From a virus, in IMG/VR virus record IMGVR_UViG_3300006802_012847, positions 36,319-100,318 of that record: a stretch of DNA of 64,000 nucleotides; one strand, 5' to 3'. Below are positions 59,155 to 64,000 of the stretch, one piece after another; the stretch's first letter is position 1; each line of letters begins with the position of its first letter. The position numbers and the translations under genes are program-made. A model generated the notes under the pieces. That model was not told where the DNA came from. It saw nothing but the letters and a program-made list of their open reading frames with translations, and ran no database searches.

Positions 59155-61311
59155 ATGAAAAATACTACGTGTTATAGTGATTTCTGGTTTGAAGATTACG
59201 ACATGGATTGGGATTTTGAAGACGATTCCGTTGTGGATACTTCTCACGCTCAATCGGATAGTACTGAAAAACTCATTCGGTTATCTTCTGCTAGACGAGC
59301 TATTTCAAATTATGTTTCCATTTTGACCAATAAAAGCATTCCAGTCATGTTTAATGATAATAATAACAGCATGACAGATGGAAAGGTTGTGTACATCGGA
59401 TCTGATGCTAGTAGTAAAAAGAACTTCGATATTGCTGTAGGTCTTGCTTTACATGAAGGAAGTCATATTTGTTATTCAAATTTCGATTTGTTTAAAAATA
59501 TTTGGGGCAATGTTCCAAGAGAAATTTCTGATCTTGGTAAGAAGCTGAAAATTTCTAAAAGCGAGATCGTGGAGTTAGTGAAGACTCTTACAAATATTGT
59601 CGAAGATAGATATATAGATCATACTGTTTATTATAGTGCTCCTGGTTATAGAGGATATTATCAGGCTTTATATGATAAATATTTCAACGCAAAAGTTGTT
59701 GACGATGGGTTGAAAAGTGAAATGTATAGAGTTCCTAGTATTGAATCTTATTTGTTTAGGATTATTAATATCACAAATAAATTCACCGACTTAACCGCAT
59801 TGCCTGGATTGTATAATATTGCAAAAATTTTTGGTTTGTCTTCCATTCAAAGATTGACAACTCCAAAAGATAGGTTTGAAGTGGCTTGTAATATTGCCGA
59901 GGTTATTTTGAGTAATATTGATCAGTACATGACAAATTCAGAGAATTTGCAACTAAGTGATGGCGACGGTAATGAGGGCGATGGGAATGAAGAAAAGCCA
60001 GATACGTTTTCTATATTTGATGATATTAAAAATAATAATGTCCCAAAAGATAAACCATCTGATAATTTAGATGATATATTGGGTGGAGAAGATACACAGG
60101 TAGAATCTTCTAAAAGCGATGCTGTCATGAATGATATTGGCGATGATGAAAAAATGTCTGACAATAAAAAGAATAAATTGGCAAAAGCTTTTAATAAACA
60201 GAAAACTTTTGTATCAGGTGATATCAAAAGAAAAAAGGTAACCAAAAAAGAAAATGATGTTTTAGATATTATTGAAAAAAGTAAAGTGGATTTGGTAGAT
60301 GTTGGTCAACAATATATGCAAGATCAATATGCTTTGGAAAATAGTACTGTAGAGTGTATTCTTGTGAAGAATATGACCAGAGAATTAATTTTTTCACAAG
60401 ATTTTCCTCTGACTCCACATATAAACAGACACTTCCTTGCTAGTGGACAAAAACTATCTGAAAACCCATATTCTAAAAGAATGCAACAAGTTATTGATTC
60501 GGGTATTTCAATGGGAATTAAACTTGGAAAACGTCTACAATTCAGAAATGAAGTTAATGTAGAGAAATATAGCAGACGTGAAACTGGCAAACTTGATAAA
60601 CGTCTTATTAGTGAACTTGGTTATAATATGGAAAATATTTTCTATACTACTCATCAAAGTAAATATAAGAAAATGCACTTTCATATTTCCGTAGATGCAA
60701 GTAGTAGTATGACTGGACCAAAATGGGAAAAGTCTATTAAACTAACAACTGCTATTGCAAAAGCTGCTAGTATTTTGGAAAATATTAGAGTGAGTATTAG
60801 TTTCAGAAGTACAAGTCAAAATAAACCATATGTAGTAATGGCATATGACTCTGATAAAGATAAATTTAATAAAATCAAGAATTTGTTTTGTCATTTATCT
60901 GCTAATGGTACTACACCTGAAGGATTGGCATTTGAAGCTATATTGAAAGTTTTACCAAAAGTTGATTTGAATTCCGAAAATTACTTTATCAATATTAGTG
61001 ATGGAGAGCCGGCATTTTCATTCCAAGAGACTAAACATAATAATAAAATTACATATCAAGGACAAGGAGCCGCAAAACATACCAAAATTCAATGCAAGAA
61101 AATAAAAAAAGAAGGATATAACATTATCTCTTATTTTGTAAGTGAGACCGAATCATCCGATTCACGGTTATATCAAGCATATGGTGGATTAAACCCTGGA
61201 GATTTATTTAAAATAATGTATGGGACTGACGCTATTTTTACAAATGTAGAAAATTTGTCCCAAGTTGTAACAACTTTAAATAAAAAGATGTTGGAAAGTA
61301 TTGACATATAA
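59155..61311 (+). CDS. CobT-like HExxH metallopeptidase-like + VWA domain protein
   Basis: TDGK, GLALHEGSH, NIVEDRYI, acidic linker, MIDAS VDASSSM, GTTPEG, ISDGEP. Confidence 0.82.
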   Translation: MKNTTCYSDFWFEDYDMDWDFEDDSVVDTSHAQSDSTEKLIRLSSARRAISNYVSILTNKSIPVMFNDNNNSMTDGKVVYIGSDASSKKNFDIAVGLALHEGSHICYSNFDLFKNIWGNVPREISDLGKKLKISKSEIVELVKTLTNIVEDRYIDHTVYYSAPGYRGYYQALYDKYFNAKVVDDGLKSEMYRVPSIESYLFRIINITNKFTDLTALPGLYNIAKIFGLSSIQRLTTPKDRFEVACNIAEVILSNIDQYMTNSENLQLSDGDGNEGDGNEEKPDTFSIFDDIKNNNVPKDKPSDNLDDILGGEDTQVESSKSDAVMNDIGDDEKMSDNKKNKLAKAFNKQKTFVSGDIKRKKVTKKENDVLDIIEKSKVDLVDVGQQYMQDQYALENSTVECILVKNMTRELIFSQDFPLTPHINRHFLASGQKLSENPYSKRMQQVIDSGISMGIKLGKRLQFRNEVNVEKYSRRETGKLDKRLISELGYNMENIFYTTHQSKYKKMHFHISVDASSSMTGPKWEKSIKLTTAIAKAASILENIRVSISFRSTSQNKPYVVMAYDSDKDKFNKIKNLFCHLSANGTTPEGLAFEAILKVLPKVDLNSENYFINISDGEPAFSFQETKHNNKITYQGQGAAKHTKIQCKKIKKEGYNIISYFVSETESSDSRLYQAYGGLNPGDLFKIMYGTDAIFTNVENLSQVVTTLNKKMLESIDI

Positions 61312-61328
61312 TATATCTGTGATAAACT
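61301..61328 (+). promoter_or_regulatory. sigma70-type promoter
   Basis: TTGACA-16-TAAACT with TGn extension. Confidence 0.6.
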
Positions 61329-61363
61329 TTATTTAATAATGTGTAACTAAAGAAAGGTAATAA

Positions 61364-61726
61364 ATGAAAAAAACTGATAGAAAAAATAAAACCAACTTAA
61401 CTGTTTCATGGCCAACTAATATTTTCACCATTGAAGAGTTAAATAATCACAACCCTGAGTTTATTAATATTACTCTTAGGGTTCGTCTAAAGGCTGCTAT
61501 TTCTAACAATGAAGTATTAGAAGTAGGGTATCTACATAATGGAAAAGGTCGTCCACGATTGGTACTTGTTCATGGCAATATTACTCAAGAACATATCGCT
61601 CAAGCTAAAGATAGAGGCGTTATTCTCAAGGATAATTTGAGTGCCAATGTGATGGGTGATCACCACGTAGAAGAAACGGTGACGGTTATCAAAACGTTTG
61701 ATTCAACTCACGTAGGCGTTAATTAA
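61364..61726 (+). CDS. putative winged-helix DNA-binding protein
   Basis: FTIEEL..ITLRVRL..GKGRPRLV; SD GAAAGG. Confidence 0.5.
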   Translation: MKKTDRKNKTNLTVSWPTNIFTIEELNNHNPEFINITLRVRLKAAISNNEVLEVGYLHNGKGRPRLVLVHGNITQEHIAQAKDRGVILKDNLSANVMGDHHVEETVTVIKTFDSTHVGVN

Positions 61727-61735
61727 ATATAATTA

Positions 61736-61975
61736 TTAAACATTATGCGACCAAAGTGGACTCAATTTTAAGGGTCCACTTTTTTCTTTTGTATAAAAAT
61801 AAATGGATGCGTTAGGCATATGTTTTTTAATATTTCTAATAATACCTTCGCACATATTCCAGCTTCCAATATAGATTGGGAAGTCAAATCCGCTATCAAA
61901 TACTGAGAAAGTAATCGACGAAGTTTCTATCACATAAAAATTCTTTTCTTTTGGGTTGATTTTTTTAAACTTCAT
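61736..61975 (-). CDS. hypothetical protein
   Basis: 79 aa; minus-strand TATTTAT at 61994-62000. Confidence 0.5.
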   Translation of the reverse strand: MKFKKINPKEKNFYVIETSSITFSVFDSGFDFPIYIGSWNMCEGIIRNIKKHMPNASIYFYTKEKSGPLKLSPLWSHNV

Positions 61976-61999
61976 GGTACAATGCTATTAAATATAAAT

Positions 62000-63187
62000 A
62001 TGGATACATTACAAGAATTTTTTGGAATTGAGAAACAAGATTTCGATTATGATGAAAGTAAGAAAAAACTTATCGATAATCTTGATTTTTTAAAGTCAAT
62101 GTCTGTCCAAGAGCAAACCTTCTATAAGAAATGGAAGGAAGTTCAATCTTTGGAAAAATACATGGATAAATCTATTATTGTTAAAAATAAGATATGGACT
62201 CCATCCGATTTAAATGATGAAAAAAAGACCATCAAAGAAATCGAAGACATTAATCCAACAGTTGTTTATGTAAAAAATAAAACTAGTTTAGATACTGATT
62301 GGATTATGTTACGCACTTATGTGCATACTATGGCATATGACCAAACTCCAGGCAGATTCATTAAAATTCTTATTACAGATGGCAATAAAGATAATCCACG
62401 CTATCTTGGAGCGATTAGTATGTCCAGTGACGTTATTACTATTACAGACAGAGATAACTATATAGGATGGACTGCTGATCAAAAATTGAAGAATAAAAAA
62501 CTTAACAATAGTGCTATTGGCAGTTGTATCATGGCAACGCAACCATTTGGTTATAATTTTCTAGGTGGTAAATTGGTTGCTGCTTTAGTTACTGGAGAGA
62601 CAATTAGAAACCTATGGAAAGATCTATATGGACAAGTATTAGCTGGAATTACTACTACTAGTTTATATGGAAGTTATAGTATGTACAATAGTCTTAAATG
62701 GTGGCACAAATGTGGTACAAGTGCTGGCAAAATGACTATTAAACCAGATGATGACGTTTATAAGATATGGCATGACTGGATTAAAGAGAATAAGGCTGAT
62801 AAATATATTCAAGCTATGACTCAAAAAGAAGGAGTCTCTGGACCTGTAACGGGAGCAAAAAACAGAGTTTTAAGTATGATATTTTCTCAATGTGGTATAA
62901 AGTCTTCCAATTATGTTCATGGATTTGAACGTGGTACTTACTACGCATGTCCTTACACAAATAGTAGAGAGTTTTTAAGAGGAGAAATTGAAGAAAGCAA
63001 ATTAAATCCAAATACTAAATATACTGAAGAATATATTAAGAATTGGTGGAAAGAAAAGGCTATTTCTAGATATAAAACTCTGAAAAATGATAATAGACTC
63101 AAGCCAGAAATATTATATTATAATAAAATGATGGGTATGTCATATGAAGATTGTAAAAATATGTATTTTGGTGAGGTAGGACGCTGA
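62000..63187 (+). CDS. DUF4338 / DruA-like protein
   Basis: TPGR..YLGAISMSSD..RDNYIGW..QPFGYNFLGGKLVA..TTTSLYG..MYN; TTGATT-16-TACAAT (TGn-extended) promoter at 61956-61983 favours ATG 62000. Confidence 0.7.
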   Translation: MDTLQEFFGIEKQDFDYDESKKKLIDNLDFLKSMSVQEQTFYKKWKEVQSLEKYMDKSIIVKNKIWTPSDLNDEKKTIKEIEDINPTVVYVKNKTSLDTDWIMLRTYVHTMAYDQTPGRFIKILITDGNKDNPRYLGAISMSSDVITITDRDNYIGWTADQKLKNKKLNNSAIGSCIMATQPFGYNFLGGKLVAALVTGETIRNLWKDLYGQVLAGITTTSLYGSYSMYNSLKWWHKCGTSAGKMTIKPDDDVYKIWHDWIKENKADKYIQAMTQKEGVSGPVTGAKNRVLSMIFSQCGIKSSNYVHGFERGTYYACPYTNSREFLRGEIEESKLNPNTKYTEEYIKNWWKEKAISRYKTLKNDNRLKPEILYYNKMMGMSYEDCKNMYFGEVGR

Positions 63188-63215
63188 TATTCTTACTATT
63201 TATTATGGTAAGAAT

Positions 63216-64000
63216 ATGGGAAAAAGTAAAAATCCAAATATAGATTATACATTTGCAGATAGATATCAAAGATTTGTATCGAGTCTTGTTGTATTTGCAT
63301 CATCAAATCAACTTCCAACAGCCATTGATAACAGCCCAAATGGGATTTTCACAGGCGAAACGGGAGATTTAATAACTAAATTTGGAAATCAAATATTCTA
63401 CAGAAAAATTACAAATGCCGATTTTGTTTCCTTATCAGATAATTTTCCAATTATAACTGAAGATACCAATTATTTACTAAATCAAGGAACAAATAAATAT
63501 GCTACGTGGGTAAAAACTTCTGACTCAGAAAAGTCGTGGAATTTTGTTGGGTACACATGTGCTATTGCTGGTGTTAATTGTTGTTTTGTCAATGTATCAC
63601 CGACACCTACACCATCAACAACTATTAGTGTAACTCCATCTGTTACAGTAAGTAATACTCCATCTGTTAGTGTAACACCGAGTGAAAGTGTCACACCATC
63701 TGTTAGTGTAAGTTCGACACCATCTGTCAGTGTAACGCCATCTGTTAGTGTAACACCATCTGTTAGTGTAACACCAAGCGAAACAATTACACCATCTGTC
63801 AGTGTAACACCAAGTGTCAGTGTAACACCAAGTGTCAGTGTAACGCCGAGTATTAGCACATCTGCTGGTGTAAGTTCTACACCATCTGTTAGTGTAACAC
63901 CAAGTGAAACAGTTACACCATCTGTCAGTGTAACACCAAGTGTCAGTGTAACGCCGAGTATTAGCACATCTGCTGGTGTAAGTTCTACACCATCTGTTAG
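63216..64000 (+). CDS. 5' part of a Ser/Thr/Pro/Val-repeat (mucin-like) late protein; runs off the window
   Basis: ATG 63216 (MGKSKNPNIDY...) stays open to the end; TATTTAT at 63197; (TPSVSV)n from about 63600. Confidence 0.75.
   Translation, partial: MGKSKNPNIDYTFADRYQRFVSSLVVFASSNQLPTAIDNSPNGIFTGETGDLITKFGNQIFYRKITNADFVSLSDNFPIITEDTNYLLNQGTNKYATWVKTSDSEKSWNFVGYTCAIAGVNCCFVNVSPTPTPSTTISVTPSVTVSNTPSVSVTPSESVTPSVSVSSTPSVSVTPSVSVTPSVSVTPSETITPSVSVTPSVSVTPSVSVTPSISTSAGVSSTPSVSVTPSETVTPSVSVTPSVSVTPSISTSAGVSSTPSV
63596..64000 (+). repeat. 18-bp coding tandem repeat with a 108-bp higher-order unit
   Basis: ACACCATCTGTTAGTGTA units; GCCGAGTATTAGCACATCTGCTGGTGTAAGTTCT recurs at 63845 and 63953. Confidence 0.9.

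Noticed and set aside
4215-60590. Many short antisense or alternate-frame ORFs in the track (e.g. 4215-4742, 11641-12063, 28075-28575, 36139-36579, 37219-37704, 46035-46340)
   Set aside because: They lie largely or entirely within well-supported genes, have shadow-like composition and no promoter box.
63482-63967. Minus-strand (GVTLTD)n ORF as a real gene, or the repeat as a CRISPR array
   Set aside because: It is the antisense shadow of the plus-strand repeat gene. The units are contiguous, codon-degenerate and lack unique spacers.
1-64000. Genome-wide TAG-to-Gln recoding (genetic code 15)
   Set aside because: Only one gene is broken by TAG. Long genes are intact under code 11, and TAG sits at plausible ends of the capsid, polA and other genes.
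1-64000. tRNA, rRNA, integrase, reverse transcriptase or DGR
   Set aside because: Intergenic gaps are short and AT-rich with no cloverleaf seen by eye, and no RT or recombinase motifs were found. A tRNAscan/Infernal run would be needed to exclude them fully.

Overview
AT-rich 64 kb segment of a large tailed phage (contractile-tailed, T4-superfamily-like head and tail modules). It has no cellular housekeeping genes, rRNA, recognisable tRNA or CRISPR array. Contents in order: end of a structural gene; RuvC-like resolvase; primase; a fused Mre11/Rad50 (gp47-gp46) gene with one in-frame amber codon; a very large tail sheath; a Vsr-like free-standing endonuclease; terminase large subunit split in two by an atypically split intein; portal with an HNH-containing intein; prohead protease, scaffold and major capsid; Mom-like DNA-modification enzyme; holin- and u-spanin-like genes; tail tube; tail chaperone with a probable programmed frameshift; tape measure and baseplate genes; a compact family-A DNA polymerase; SSB, RecA/UvsX, 5'-3' exonuclease, DnaB helicase, class Ia RNR; MoxR-AAA/VWA pair; DUF4338 (DruA-like) gene; start of a Ser/Thr/Pro-repeat protein. 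Two promoter classes are visible: sigma70-type TTGACA..TAnnnT (often leaderless) before replication/early genes, and a TA(T/C)TTAT box before late genes. The best candidate for an undescribed system is a set of late genes, several encoding enzymes (ligase-fold, flavoprotein, nuclease-like, HxGH nucleotidyltransferase), that share an amphipathic leader ending in L/I-x-E and resembling the T4 capsid-targeting sequence. This suggests enzymes packaged into the head and injected. All product calls come from motif recognition by eye; no database search was run.
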